DNA of 64,000 nt from Candidatus Binataceae bacterium (GCA_035508495.1 DATJMX010000002.1:91487-155486); one strand, 5' to 3'; positions 40,025 to 50,178 are shown, counted from the first letter of the stretch. Notes: a model not told the origin generated them from the letters alone. Numbers and translations: made by a program.

Positions 40025-40450
40025 GTGAAAATCATGGAGAAGACCACAGCGATTCGTCCACCGTTCACGCGCGAGACCGCGCTCGCCAAGGTCAGAGCCG
40101 CCCAGGATGCGTGGAACACGCGCGATCCCGAGATCGTCGCGCGCGGCTACTCTGAAGACTCCGACTGGCGCAATCGCACCGAGTTCATGAAGGGCCACGC
40201 CGCGATCAAGGAGTTCCTGCGGCGCAAATGGGACCAGGAGCTCGACTACCGGTTGATGAAAGAGCTGTGGTGCTTTAACGATAACCGCATCTCGGTGCGC
40301 TTCGAGTACGAATGGCATGACGCATCCGGTCAATGGTACCGCACCCACGGCAACGAGCACTGGGAATTCGACGAACAAGGCCTCAATCGGCGCCGCGACA
40401 TGAGCGCCAACGACTATCCGATCAAGGAATCCGATCGCCGCTACCGATGA
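40025..40450 (+). CDS. NTF2-like (DUF1348-type) protein
   Basis: ~140 aa with [25 protein letters not shown]...[11 protein letters not shown]. The family assignment is from memory. Confidence 0.5.
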   Translation: MKIMEKTTAIRPPFTRETALAKVRAAQDAWNTRDPEIVARGYSEDSDWRNRTEFMKGHAAIKEFLRRKWDQELDYRLMKELWCFNDNRISVRFEYEWHDASGQWYRTHGNEHWEFDEQGLNRRRDMSANDYPIKESDRRYR

Positions 40451-40535
40451 CGGATTGTCAAGCTTTGCTCGCGGTCGCCTGGTGACAATCTAGCGGCAGT
40501 CAGAACGGCCGCGCGCAGACCCGACGACCGCGCGA

Positions 40536-41690
40536 TCAGTACGGGCGGGCGTTTTTGCCGATGATCTCGCGGGCTACGAGCGACTTCATGATTTGCGCGG
40601 TGCCGTCGCCGATTTCGAGGCCGATCACGTCGCGCATCCGTTGTTGATGCGGCAGGTCAAGGCTGAAGCCGAGATGGCCGTGGAGCAGCAGGCACTGATG
40701 AAGGACCTGGGCGGCCAGCTCCGGCGCGAGCCACTTCGCGCCCGCCGATACCCAGCCGTGCGGCTCGTTGCGATCCTTCAGCCATAGCGCCTCGTAGCAG
40801 AGGTGCCGCGCGGCGCGCAGGCGGACCGCCGCTTCCGCGAGCGGGAAGGAGACGCCCTCGAATCTGGCGAGGCTGCCGCCGAACGCCTGGCGCTCATCGA
40901 CGTAGCGGCAGGTCTCCTCGACGCTTTGCTCCGCCGCACCGATACACATCAGGCCGATGAGGGAGCGGCTGAAATCGAAGCCCTGCATCACCTGGATGAA
41001 GCCCATGCCCTCCGCGCCGACTCGCATCGCTGCGGGCACTCGCACCGAGTCGAAAAAGATCGAGCCGCGGCCGATGGCACGCGAGCCGAGATCGCGAAAG
41101 CGCGTGCGGCTGACGCCCGGCGCGTTGAGATCGACGTAGAAGGCGCTGACTCCGCGCGCGGCCTGCTCGAGGGTGCCGGTCCGCGCCATCACGAGCGCGC
41201 CTGCCGCACCCGACGCGAAGGAGATCGAGGTCTTCTCACCGTTCAGCACATACGAATCGCCGTCACGCCGCGCCGCGAGCTTCACGTGGGCCGCATCGGA
41301 ACCGCCGCCCGGTTCGGTGACACCGAGGGCAGGCACGATATCGCCGCGGCAGATCGCCGGCAGGATCTCGGCGCGCTGCCGATCGTCGCCATTGCGCGCG
41401 ACGATCGCGCCCACCAGCGACGAGAGCAGCAGCACGTACGCGACATTGAAGTCGCCGCGCGCGATCTCCTCGTGCGCCATCCCCAGTGACACGTAGTCAA
41501 GACCGGAGCCGCCGTGCTTCGCCTCGACCATCGGCGCGAGCAGTCCCAACTCTCCGACTTTGCGGATAAGTGATGCCGGCAGATCGGCGTCAGCATCGCG
41601 CGAGGCGTATGCGGGCAGAAGCTCGCGCATCGCGAAGTCACGTAGCGTGTTCTGAAGGAGCGTCTGGTCGGGGCTTAGTGCGAAGTCCAT
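40536..41690 (-). CDS. Acyl-CoA dehydrogenase
   Basis: ACAD N-terminal, middle and C-terminal domains (GVTEPGGGSDAA; catalytic C-terminal helices). Confidence 0.8.
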   Translation of the reverse strand: MDFALSPDQTLLQNTLRDFAMRELLPAYASRDADADLPASLIRKVGELGLLAPMVEAKHGGSGLDYVSLGMAHEEIARGDFNVAYVLLLSSLVGAIVARNGDDRQRAEILPAICRGDIVPALGVTEPGGGSDAAHVKLAARRDGDSYVLNGEKTSISFASGAAGALVMARTGTLEQAARGVSAFYVDLNAPGVSRTRFRDLGSRAIGRGSIFFDSVRVPAAMRVGAEGMGFIQVMQGFDFSRSLIGLMCIGAAEQSVEETCRYVDERQAFGGSLARFEGVSFPLAEAAVRLRAARHLCYEALWLKDRNEPHGWVSAGAKWLAPELAAQVLHQCLLLHGHLGFSLDLPHQQRMRDVIGLEIGDGTAQIMKSLVAREIIGKNARPY

Positions 41691-41698
41691 CGTTAAAT

Positions 41699-42268
41699 CT
41701 ATCTGACCTGAATTTCGTCGCTTGGCGGCGCGGGTTGCGAGTCCATCGGCTCGGCCTGCGCGGCCGGAGCGGAGTTGCCGGAGTTTTCCGACGGTTGATC
41801 CTGATTGGCGCCGCGGCCCTTCATATAGGGAATGAAGTCCGACAACGTGCGTCCGCTCTGGCCGTTATCGTCGGTAATTCTGTCCTTGCCGTTAGCACCG
41901 TGAAAAAAGTCCGCGAGCGTTTTGCCGGAACGGCCGTCATCATCATCAGTTGACAAAGTGCTATCAGAAGACGCGTCGGGCGCGGCGTTCTGATTTTGCT
42001 GCTGTTGCTGCTCGGCTTCCTTCTTCGCTGCCGCTTCCATTTCGGGGTCGGGCTTCATCCCGTTGCCAAGCGCGAAATCCTCTTTCTCGTCCGGCGTCAT
42101 CGAGCGCCAGATCGCGGCCGCTTCCATCGAATTGCCGCGCGAGAGCGCATCCGCAAAGCGTTCCCGCGCGGTCGGCTGATGCTGAAACAGCGAGCATCCG
42201 CCGATCGCGCAGGCGACCAGCGCCGCGATCGTCAGTGTCCGCGGCGCGAAGTGTGCCCGGCGGAACAT
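41699..42268 (-). CDS. Hypothetical lipoprotein with a Gln/Asp-rich linker and an internal GRSGKTLADF/GQSGRTLSDF repeat
   Basis: Lipobox AIGGC; the remainder is low-complexity. Confidence 0.5.
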   Translation of the reverse strand: MFRRAHFAPRTLTIAALVACAIGGCSLFQHQPTARERFADALSRGNSMEAAAIWRSMTPDEKEDFALGNGMKPDPEMEAAAKKEAEQQQQQNQNAAPDASSDSTLSTDDDDGRSGKTLADFFHGANGKDRITDDNGQSGRTLSDFIPYMKGRGANQDQPSENSGNSAPAAQAEPMDSQPAPPSDEIQVR

Positions 42269-43381
42269 TTAGAACGTGACCACGCTCCGAATCGATTTGC
42301 CCGCGTGCATCAGGTCGAACGCCTCGTTGATTTGTTCCAGCGGCATGGTGTGAGTGATGAGGTCGTCGATATTGATGCGCTTGTCCATGTACCACTCGAC
42401 GATCTTCGGCACGTCGCGGCGGCTCTTGGCGCCACCGAAGGCCGTGCCCTTCCAGGTGCGCCCGGTGACGAGCTGGAACGGCCGCGTCGCGACTTCCTGA
42501 CCCGCGCCCGCGACGCCGATTATAACCGACGTGCCCCATCCGCGTTGACAGCATTCCAGCGCCTGGCGCATGAGTTGCACGTTGCCAACGCATTCGAAGG
42601 AGAAGTCGGCGCCGCCCTTGGTCAGGTTGACGAGGTACGGCACGAGATCGCCCTCGACCTCTTTCGGGTTGACAAAATGTGTCATGCCGAATTTCTCGGC
42701 GATCGGCTTGCGCCCGGCGTTGATATCGACGCCGACGATCATCGCCGCGCCGGCGAGCCGCGCGCCCTGGATCACGTTGAGGCCGATTCCACCGAGGCCG
42801 AACACCACGACCCGATCGCCGGCCTGGACCTTCGCCGTGTTGAGCACGGCGCCAATACCTGTGGTGACGCCGCATCCGATGTAGCAGATCTTGTCGAAGG
42901 GCGCGTCCTCGCGAACCTTGGCCAGCGCGATCTCGGGCACGACGGTGAAGTTCGAGAACGTCGAGGTGCCCATGTAGTGATGAATCAATTTACCGTTGCG
43001 CGAGAAGCGGCTAGTGCCATCGGGCATCACGCCGCGGCCCTGGGTCTCGCGAATCGCGGTGCAGAGATTGGTCTTGCCCGACAGGCACGAGGGGCAGTTG
43101 CGGCATTCCGGGATGTAGAGCGGAATCACGTGATCGCCGCGGCGCAGCGTCGTCACGCCCGCGCCGATCTCCACCACGATGCCGGCGCCCTCGTGCCCCA
43201 TGATGCAGGGGAAGAGGCCCTCGGGATCGGCGCCCGAGAGCGTGAACGCATCGGTATGACAGACTCCCGTCGCTTTGATCTCGACCAGGACTTCGCCGGT
43301 GCGCGGCCCTTCGAGATCGACCGTGGTGACTTCGAGCGGCTCACCCGCCTTGTTTGCGACTGCGGCTTTGACTTTCACTGC
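42269..43381 (-). CDS. frmA: S-(hydroxymethyl)glutathione dehydrogenase / class III alcohol dehydrogenase
   Basis: Zn-ADH motifs GVCHTD and GHEGAGIV, a structural Zn Cys cluster (CRNCPSC...C), and a GLGGIGL Rossmann motif. Start re-assigned to the GTG at 43379-43381 (VKVKAAVANKAGEPLEV) with a GGGAG RBS. The track 5' extension to 43771 is Arg/Ser-rich and overlaps the next gene. Confidence 0.8.
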   Translation of the reverse strand, partial: AVKVKAAVANKAGEPLEVTTVDLEGPRTGEVLVEIKATGVCHTDAFTLSGADPEGLFPCIMGHEGAGIVVEIGAGVTTLRRGDHVIPLYIPECRNCPSCLSGKTNLCTAIRETQGRGVMPDGTSRFSRNGKLIHHYMGTSTFSNFTVVPEIALAKVREDAPFDKICYIGCGVTTGIGAVLNTAKVQAGDRVVVFGLGGIGLNVIQGARLAGAAMIVGVDINAGRKPIAEKFGMTHFVNPKEVEGDLVPYLVNLTKGGADFSFECVGNVQLMRQALECCQRGWGTSVIIGVAGAGQEVATRPFQLVTGRTWKGTAFGGAKSRRDVPKIVEWYMDKRINIDDLITHTMPLEQINEAFDLMHAGKSIRSVVTF

Positions 43382-43391
43382 TGCTCCCGAA

Positions 43392-44273
43392 TCAGGCGCG
43401 AAAGGTGACGACTCCGTCACGGATCGCGAGCTTGCCTTGATGATTGAGCGCCTCGAAAAAGATCGACGTTCCGTCGGGCGCGGAATCGCGCGCGATGACG
43501 CGCACGGTGAGGATCGACGGCATGCTGACCATCGCGCCGAAGCGCCCCGCGATCCGCGCGACTCGCTCCGGATGCTTCGTCGACTCGAACTCGACAATTC
43601 GCGACACGGCAACCGCAAGCGTCGCCGTGCCGTGGAGAATGATTTCAGGAAGTCCCGCGGCGCGCGCGACGGCCGCGTCGGTGTGAATCGGATTGAAGAT
43701 TCGCGCACACTCGGTATAGACGTGAGCCATGCCGGCCGGGATGTCGATCTCGGCTTCGTCGAGCGGCTCACCTTCGGCGATCAGCGGCGGCGGCGGAAGC
43801 GGCATGATCTTCGCCGGGAAGTCCGCGCCTTCGACCGCGACATCGCGATACAGCGTGCCATACCAGGTGGTGCAGACGGGAATACCGCTGTCGTCGGTGG
43901 TGTCGATTCGCGCGACCATGAACGCGCCCGGCTTGCGACGCTCGACGCCCGCGACGGTGAGCTGCGAGGTGAGATCCTCGTCCGCGCGGATCGGGCGATG
44001 GAGCACGACATCGTGCGTCGCATGCACGCCGCGCAGCGCCTCTTCAGTCGTCAGGCCGACGTTGCCGATCTCGTGGCGCATGTTGAGGATCAGCGGCCAT
44101 TCGAAGCAGACCGGGAACATCGGATGCGCGATCACGCCCGCCTCGCGCGTGGTGTCGAGATAGCACGGCAGGGCGTCGCCGAGTCCTGCGGCATAGGCCA
44201 TCGTCCATCGCGAATCGATTTTGGTCGCGACGGGCTTGGAGGCGGCGCCGACAATCGCTGATGACAGCGGCAT
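43392..44273 (-). CDS. MaoC-like (double hot-dog) dehydratase
   Basis: Two hot-dog halves; the C-terminal half carries the MaoC motif region (...IFNPIHTDAAVARAAGLPEIILHGT). Confidence 0.7.
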   Translation of the reverse strand: MPLSSAIVGAASKPVATKIDSRWTMAYAAGLGDALPCYLDTTREAGVIAHPMFPVCFEWPLILNMRHEIGNVGLTTEEALRGVHATHDVVLHRPIRADEDLTSQLTVAGVERRKPGAFMVARIDTTDDSGIPVCTTWYGTLYRDVAVEGADFPAKIMPLPPPPLIAEGEPLDEAEIDIPAGMAHVYTECARIFNPIHTDAAVARAAGLPEIILHGTATLAVAVSRIVEFESTKHPERVARIAGRFGAMVSMPSILTVRVIARDSAPDGTSIFFEALNHQGKLAIRDGVVTFRA

Positions 44274-44336
44274 AGCCGTAGATCTACGCGCTCACCGGGC
44301 GAGGGTCCATCCGTACGAGATACGATTGGGGGACCG

Positions 44337-45134
44337 CTAAGGATTGGCCTTCACGAAATCGACGACGGCGCGATTGAACTCGGCTGGATACTCGACGAAG
44401 AAAAGGTGACCGCCCGGCAGCTCGACCAACTTCGCGCGCGGGATTCGCGATGCGATCAATTTTGAATTCGCGAACGGCACGAGACGATCGTCGCGACCGC
44501 CGATCACCATCGTTGGCAGATTGATCGATGCGATACGGCTGCTCGCGTCGAAGCCCACCACCGCGCCGACCTGGCGCGCGAGCGCGAACTGCGGGATCGG
44601 ATACATCGCGCGCATCTCCTGGTCCTTCTTCACGACGTCGGGACGGCGCTCGATCGTAGCGTCGGTGAACACCGCTTTGAGCTGCAGCTTCTGCTGCTGG
44701 GCGGTGGCATTGGCACCCGCGACGACTGCGCCGACGATCGCGGGATCGGCCTGGACAACGTCGTGGCCGCCAAAGTGAGTGCATCCGAGGATGAGGCAGC
44801 TCAGGCGCTCTGGATAATGAAGCACGAACTCCTGCGCGATCATTCCGCCCATCGAGATGCCGAGCAGCGCTGCGCGCCGGATGCCGAGCGCGTCCATCAG
44901 GCCGGCGGTGTCCGACGCCATCTGCGCAATCGTGTATGGTGCGTCGGGCTTGTCGGTGCGTCCGGCGCCGCGATTATCGAACACCACGGTGCGGAAGTGC
45001 CGTGCAAACTCGGGCGTCTGCTCGTACCACGCACACAAGTTCGATCCGAGCCCGCGGATCGCAACCAGAGTCTGCGGTCCGTCGCCATGAATCTCGTAGA
45101 AGATGTCGATATCGCCAACACGCTGCTTGGACAT
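44337..45134 (-). CDS. Alpha/beta hydrolase
   Basis: GISMGG nucleophile elbow and an HG motif region (FDNRGAGRTD). Confidence 0.8.
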   Translation of the reverse strand: MSKQRVGDIDIFYEIHGDGPQTLVAIRGLGSNLCAWYEQTPEFARHFRTVVFDNRGAGRTDKPDAPYTIAQMASDTAGLMDALGIRRAALLGISMGGMIAQEFVLHYPERLSCLILGCTHFGGHDVVQADPAIVGAVVAGANATAQQQKLQLKAVFTDATIERRPDVVKKDQEMRAMYPIPQFALARQVGAVVGFDASSRIASINLPTMVIGGRDDRLVPFANSKLIASRIPRAKLVELPGGHLFFVEYPAEFNRAVVDFVKANP

Positions 45135-45213
45135 GCCGCGAATCTAGCGCGAGCGCATCGCGCCGCCAACGCCGACACTCGTATGAAAGCCGTGACAGAT
45201 TCGCCGCCGACTT

Positions 45214-45954
45214 CTAGTGCTTGCCGTAATCCAGCGGGACGCCTTTGCGTTGGGCGTAGATGTAGGCCTCGAGCGCGCGCAGCTTTGGATCGTTGGGATC
45301 GAGCGCTTTGCCCTTGATTGGATTCTCGATGCACCAGTCGATCATATCGCGGAGCAGCGCGACCTTCTGCAGTTGCACCTGGTACTTCGGATAGGTCTCG
45401 GGATGCGTGTTGGAGGCGTCAGGATGACACATGTCGCAGCTCACGCCGATCGTGCTGCCAAGAGCTTTGGAATCGTGGAAGATTCGTTTGCCGTCGGCAA
45501 CGAACGCATCGGTCTCAGCTTTCCAGACTTTGTAATCGCGCGGCTGAAAGCTCGCGTATGTATCGCCTTGCTGCACGGTCATCGAAGGAGCAGAAGCGGG
45601 AGCGGCGGGATTACCCGGCGCGGGCGCGCCCATCGGCGAAGCTGCCGCTGACGGTTCCGATTGCGGCGACGATTCCTGCGCCATCTCCCAATGCTCGCCC
45701 GGATGCGCGGCCATCCACTTCGCCATCAGGTCGCGGCTGACCTTCTCGGCTTCGTCATGAGTCATCTCCTGGCCGGGCTTCAGATCCTTCACCTCGATAC
45801 TGGTCTTGCCGTCGCAGAGCATCACGACCGTGCCGCCGTGCGCAGGCGCGGGAGCGTCATGCGTGGGATTATCCTGCGCGAGCGCGCGCGAGCCGAATGC
45901 TGTGACGGCGGCTGCCAGAGCGATCGCGCGGATGACTGGGTATTTGGAGATCAT
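45214..45954 (-). CDS. Secreted mono-heme c-type cytochrome with a Pro/Ala-rich linker
   Basis: Signal peptide, a single CDMCH heme motif, and an A/P-rich region (APAPGNPAAPASAPS). Confidence 0.6.
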   Translation of the reverse strand: MISKYPVIRAIALAAAVTAFGSRALAQDNPTHDAPAPAHGGTVVMLCDGKTSIEVKDLKPGQEMTHDEAEKVSRDLMAKWMAAHPGEHWEMAQESSPQSEPSAAASPMGAPAPGNPAAPASAPSMTVQQGDTYASFQPRDYKVWKAETDAFVADGKRIFHDSKALGSTIGVSCDMCHPDASNTHPETYPKYQVQLQKVALLRDMIDWCIENPIKGKALDPNDPKLRALEAYIYAQRKGVPLDYGKH

Positions 45955-45988
45955 CGTCGCCTCGTCAGGTTGGAAGTCATCTGGCGAA

Positions 45989-47137
45989 TCAGTAACTCGC
46001 GAATTGCGGCGCCGGCGGAACGTAGGTCTTGCCGTTGGAGCGCAGGTACTCGGAGCGCACCGTCACCGGGTTGCGATCCCACAGGTTGTACATCATGTCG
46101 GCGAGGCCCTCTTTGCTGACGTTGACCTGGCCGTCGCCGAGACCGTCGAGCTGGTCGTATGGATCGGGGCGATTCATCTGCACCGTCAACTGCGGCAGTC
46201 CTTCGGGCGCGTAGGGCCACGGCCACGCCGTCGAGAGCATCCCGTAAAAGCTGATGTTTCCAATTTGATTGAAGAGCATCTGATGCGTGTGGCCATGAAC
46301 GACGGTGACATTTGGATATGGTTTCAGTATCTCCTGGACTTGCTCGGCGTCCTCGGTCCAGAAGTTCCAGTTGCGGTAGTACTTGTAGAGCGGCGAATGC
46401 GAGAACACGAGCAGCGGTGTCGTGGTCGGCACCTTGGCGAGATCGTTCTTCAGCCACGTGCGCTCGTCATCGCCAACCTCGAAGCGCGACTGGATTCCAT
46501 TGTCGAGTCCCGCGACCGTTTGCATCCGCTGCGCCGGTGTGAAGCCTCGCGCGGTCCAGAAATCCTTCTCATGCACGCTCATCAGGACGATCACGTGCAC
46601 GCCCTTCCAGTCGAACGAGTAATTCGGCGGGCCGAACAGCTCCTGCCATTTGTCGCCCATGTCGTAGAACCAGTCGTGCTCTCCGACCATCATCTTGACC
46701 GGCGCCTTGACCATGCTCAGCACCTGCTGGCCCTGCTCGAGCTCCTCGGGACGACCGAGCTGCGCGAGGTCGCCGCCGAACAGCACGAAGTCGGGTTGCG
46801 GATCGAGCGCGTTGACATCCTCGACCGCTTTGACGGCGCCCTTGACGAAGCGCTGGTTGAGCGTGCGCACATACATATGAGTGTCGGAGATATATGCGAA
46901 CGTGAAGGGCGGCGTTCCCGATGCACCCGTGCCGCTCGCGGTCTTGTCGACCGCCGCGTTGGCGACATTCACGAGCTGAAACGAATGCGGCGTGATGAGC
47001 CCCTTCGACATCACGGCGCCGGTCGTCGCGGCGAGCACTTTCAGAAACGTGCGGCGATCGAGATGGCGCAAGCTGCGCAGCGCCTTGTCGCGATCTTCCA
47101 TGTACTTGGTTTCGACGCTCTTGTGCCGTACCGCCAT
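45989..47137 (-). CDS. Tat-exported calcineurin-like metallophosphoesterase
   Basis: Twin-arginine motif RRTFLKVLAATTGAV. Metallophosphatase motifs ISDTHM, GGDL...GEHD, GHTHQ. Confidence 0.7.
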   Translation of the reverse strand: MAVRHKSVETKYMEDRDKALRSLRHLDRRTFLKVLAATTGAVMSKGLITPHSFQLVNVANAAVDKTASGTGASGTPPFTFAYISDTHMYVRTLNQRFVKGAVKAVEDVNALDPQPDFVLFGGDLAQLGRPEELEQGQQVLSMVKAPVKMMVGEHDWFYDMGDKWQELFGPPNYSFDWKGVHVIVLMSVHEKDFWTARGFTPAQRMQTVAGLDNGIQSRFEVGDDERTWLKNDLAKVPTTTPLLVFSHSPLYKYYRNWNFWTEDAEQVQEILKPYPNVTVVHGHTHQMLFNQIGNISFYGMLSTAWPWPYAPEGLPQLTVQMNRPDPYDQLDGLGDGQVNVSKEGLADMMYNLWDRNPVTVRSEYLRSNGKTYVPPAPQFASY

Positions 47138-47161
47138 CGCTTTCGTGCCTCGTAAGGTTGA

Positions 47162-48454
47162 TCAGTAGCCGCCGAGCTGCGCGGGATTTTCCTGGTTCTG
47201 CACCGGCCCGATATCGCCGAACGGTCCTTTGAAGCCGGGACCCAGTCCGGTCTTGCCCATCGCCGCCGCGAGATCACGCTGCGGGCGATCGGTCATGGAT
47301 CGTTTGCGCTGAAGATCGAGTTCTTCCTTCGCGGCATCGGCGTATTCGGGACTGGTGAGCGTCGCGAGGAACGCGACCAGGTCATCTTCCTGCGATTCGC
47401 TGAGCCCGAGCGGCAGCAGACCGCCGTCGAGATAAGGATTCTGCACGCCGCCCTTGTTGTAGTGATCGATCACGTCCCACAACGTCTGCTGCGAGCCGTC
47501 ATGGAAGTAGGGCTGCGTCACGAGCAGGTTGCGCAGGCCCATCGTGCGGAAGCCGCCGATATCGTGCGGCTGCTTGGTGATTAGGAAGCGCCCAAGTCCG
47601 CTCATGTCGGTCTGGATCGCGAGTTTATCGATCTGCATCATTCCGCCGCCGCCCCGCTGGAGGAGTGCGAGCGCCTGCCGTGCGAGCGGCACAAAGTCGG
47701 ACTTGTGCGCGGATACTCCGATGTTGTGAAAGCGATTGTCGGTGAAAAGCGGCTGCGTCGGATTCCATCCGTGACACGTCATGCAGCGCCCCTGACCGTT
47801 GAACAGCGCCCATCCGCGCTTGGCCGCCGGACTGATCGCGTTCTGCTCGCCATTCATGAAGTGGTCGAAGGGAGTATCGAAGGCGATCTGCGTGCGCTCG
47901 TAGGCGGCGATCGCTTTTTCGATGTTGCCCATCGTGATTTGGCCGCCGAACACATCCTGGAACGGCTGCTGGTATTCGGTAATCGACTTGACCTTGGTAA
48001 CGACATCGTCGAGAGACTTGTTGCCCATCTCGACGGGATTGGTGATCGGACCTTCGATCTGAATTTCGAGCGAGGGCGCGCGGCCGTCCCAGAATTGCAG
48101 CGTATTGAAGAGCGCGTTCAGGACCGTCGGCGCGTTGCGCTGGCCGAAGGCCTTGTGGATTCCCATCGAGGTCGGCAGCTGATCGGTAAAGCCTTTGGTC
48201 GGCGAATGACACTGGTCGCAGGAGACGGTGCCGTCGGCGGAAAGGCGATCGTCGAAGAAGAGTTTGCGCCCGAGCGCGACCTTGGCCGGCGATTGCGGAT
48301 TGTCGGGCGGAATCACCCACGAGTAGAGCTGGGCCGGGAAGCCGACCTGGTTCATCGACTTCGGCGCCGCGAGCGGATTCTGTTCCTGCGCGCAGGCGAA
48401 CGACGCCATCAGCATCGCGGCGACGAATGCGAGGATCGGGAAACGCAGCGTGGG
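47162..48454 (-). CDS. Di-heme cytochrome c peroxidase (CCP/MauG family)
   Basis: Signal peptide, CDQCH and CMTCH heme motifs, and PYFHDGSQQTLWDVIDHY. Start at MPTLRF (ATG 48452-48454) with a GGTGGAG RBS. The track N-terminal extension lacks support. Confidence 0.8.
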   Translation of the reverse strand, partial: PTLRFPILAFVAAMLMASFACAQEQNPLAAPKSMNQVGFPAQLYSWVIPPDNPQSPAKVALGRKLFFDDRLSADGTVSCDQCHSPTKGFTDQLPTSMGIHKAFGQRNAPTVLNALFNTLQFWDGRAPSLEIQIEGPITNPVEMGNKSLDDVVTKVKSITEYQQPFQDVFGGQITMGNIEKAIAAYERTQIAFDTPFDHFMNGEQNAISPAAKRGWALFNGQGRCMTCHGWNPTQPLFTDNRFHNIGVSAHKSDFVPLARQALALLQRGGGGMMQIDKLAIQTDMSGLGRFLITKQPHDIGGFRTMGLRNLLVTQPYFHDGSQQTLWDVIDHYNKGGVQNPYLDGGLLPLGLSESQEDDLVAFLATLTSPEYADAAKEELDLQRKRSMTDRPQRDLAAAMGKTGLGPGFKGPFGDIGPVQNQENPAQLGGY

Positions 48455-48677
48455 CATTGCGATGGCTCCACCTGTTTGAGGCGCGAGCAGGCCGCGCGTT
48501 AAGGGCCGAACGTCAGCCGAGAGTCGAGGCTCGCAGCTTGTCGCAGCAAGATCAACTGAAACTGAAATTACAATCGACACCGCGTCGGCTCAAACCGAAA
48601 ATCCCAGTTTCGATGACGCGCTCGGCGCGATGGTTACCTGTGCCAAATCCCCGGCACGGGAGTAGAACCAGAGCTTA

Positions 48678-48908
48678 ATGTCAAAGGATGCAAAACTTGA
48701 GCGCCTGCTCGCATTACCGCAGTCCGAGCGCGCCCGACTTGCGAGCGAACTGGTTCAAAGCCTGGAGGATACCTCTGACGAAGGGGCCGCAAGCGCATGG
48801 CTCGATGAGATCGGCAACCGCGCTCGCTCGCTGTCAGATGGAAGCGCCGTCTTCGAAGACTGGCAGAAAGTCCGCCGCCGTATCGAAGCCAGGCTGAAGC
48901 GGCGTTAA
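48678..48908 (+). CDS. Putative addiction-module antitoxin component (TIGR02574-like); no cognate toxin gene adjacent
   Basis: 76 aa: LERLLALPQSERARLASELVQSLED...ASAWLDEIGNRA...VFEDWQKV..RI; a helical acidic pattern typical of this family. The downstream + strand has no ORF; a convergent membrane-protein gene overlaps instead. Confidence 0.5.
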   Translation: MSKDAKLERLLALPQSERARLASELVQSLEDTSDEGAASAWLDEIGNRARSLSDGSAVFEDWQKVRRRIEARLKRR

Positions 48909-49318
48909 CACTTGCTGCTCGTCCTCCACCAGGGATTTGGCGTCGCGCTCGTTTTGCGATAGGCGCGGATGCCGGCGATGCTCGGGATGAGGATCAGTGA
49001 CCAGATGCCGCCGAGGAGGATGATCGCCGAAAGCCACGGACGCAGCGGCTGATGGAGAACCATCGGCGCCAGCGCCAAAAGACCAGTCAAATAGGCCACA
49101 ACTCCGATGATTCCGACGCGAATCTTAGCCCGGAGGGTCGGTTGCTCCCGAGCCAGTTGGTAAGCCGGCACGAATCCGTATCCCCAGACCGCAAGCGACA
49201 CGTTCCGAGCGTGAACAACGCTGTGGGCGGCCGACGTTCCAAACCACTGCAGGGTTGCTACTTCGGCGAGCTTACCGAGCGCCAAGAGCATAGCAAGACC
49301 GCCAAAGCCTATGGTCAA
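48905..49318 (-). CDS. Hypothetical membrane protein (4 predicted TM)
   Basis: Hydrophobic segments only. Confidence 0.4.
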   Translation of the reverse strand: MTIGFGGLAMLLALGKLAEVATLQWFGTSAAHSVVHARNVSLAVWGYGFVPAYQLAREQPTLRAKIRVGIIGVVAYLTGLLALAPMVLHQPLRPWLSAIILLGGIWSLILIPSIAGIRAYRKTSATPNPWWRTSSKC

Positions 49319-49602
49319 GCCTCGCGCAATCTAACGCCAAGGCGTTGGACGGGGTTTCCAAAGAACAGGCGCGCTCATGGTGCGATAATGGCATCGCGCG
49401 GCGCGAACTTCCAGTCATGAATGCATGGCTTGTAGTTGACGCTGCGCACTCTGCCAGATCGGAAAACAAAGAAGGCGCTGCGCGCGATGTCTGGTACCGG
49501 CCCATTCGGGGCCACCAAAGATCCGTCGACTTCGCTCGGGATGACGGTCATTTCTTGGAACTGTTTAGAAAGTAATGGGTTGATGCCCTTCCTACTACTT
49601 AT

Positions 49603-50178
49603 TCAAGGCCGCAGTGCGGATCGGCGGGCGAGGAGCCAGCTTTGTAGCGTGATTACGAGCGCGACGATGCCGAGCACGATCGAGCCGGAGCGCAGCGGCG
49701 TTGCTAATGGCGTCAGCGTCGGCACGATCTCGAAACTCGACAGACTGAATGCCAGCCATGCGCCGGCCAGCCCGACGATGCGCGCGATCCATCTGATCGG
49801 TGCGGCCACGATTGCCGATGCGACGATCGAGAACAGCATCCAATCACCGGCCGCGACCATCCGCGCGCCTGCATAACGGCTGACGGACGTCTCTCCCCAA
49901 TGGTGCCATACGAACAGATCGACAAGCTCGAAGCCTGCGAAGAGCACTGCGGCTCCGACGCCCGTCACGAGGAAGAACGCTTCGAGGCGATTCGGGCGCG
50001 TGCCGATCGCGAGATAAGACATGAGCACGCTGATCGCCATGCAGAGGCCGAGAATCGCGAAGTCGATCAAGGGTCCGTCCGCCGAGCCTGCCGACCAAAC
50101 GAGGTAGGCAGGACATGCGAGCACCAACCCGATTACAGCGAACGCAAGAAATCTCCGCGATATCCGCTCTGCTGGCAT
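49603..50178 (-). CDS. Hypothetical membrane protein (about 6 TM)
   Basis: Hydrophobic segments only. Confidence 0.45.
   Translation of the reverse strand: MPAERISRRFLAFAVIGLVLACPAYLVWSAGSADGPLIDFAILGLCMAISVLMSYLAIGTRPNRLEAFFLVTGVGAAVLFAGFELVDLFVWHHWGETSVSRYAGARMVAAGDWMLFSIVASAIVAAPIRWIARIVGLAGAWLAFSLSSFEIVPTLTPLATPLRSGSIVLGIVALVITLQSWLLARRSALRP

Noticed and set aside
43382-43771. 130-aa N-terminal extension of the alcohol dehydrogenase ORF in the track
   Set aside because: It is Ser/Arg-rich with no similarity to ADH N-termini, and it overlaps the MaoC gene. An internal GTG with a GGGAG RBS gives a canonical ADH-III start.
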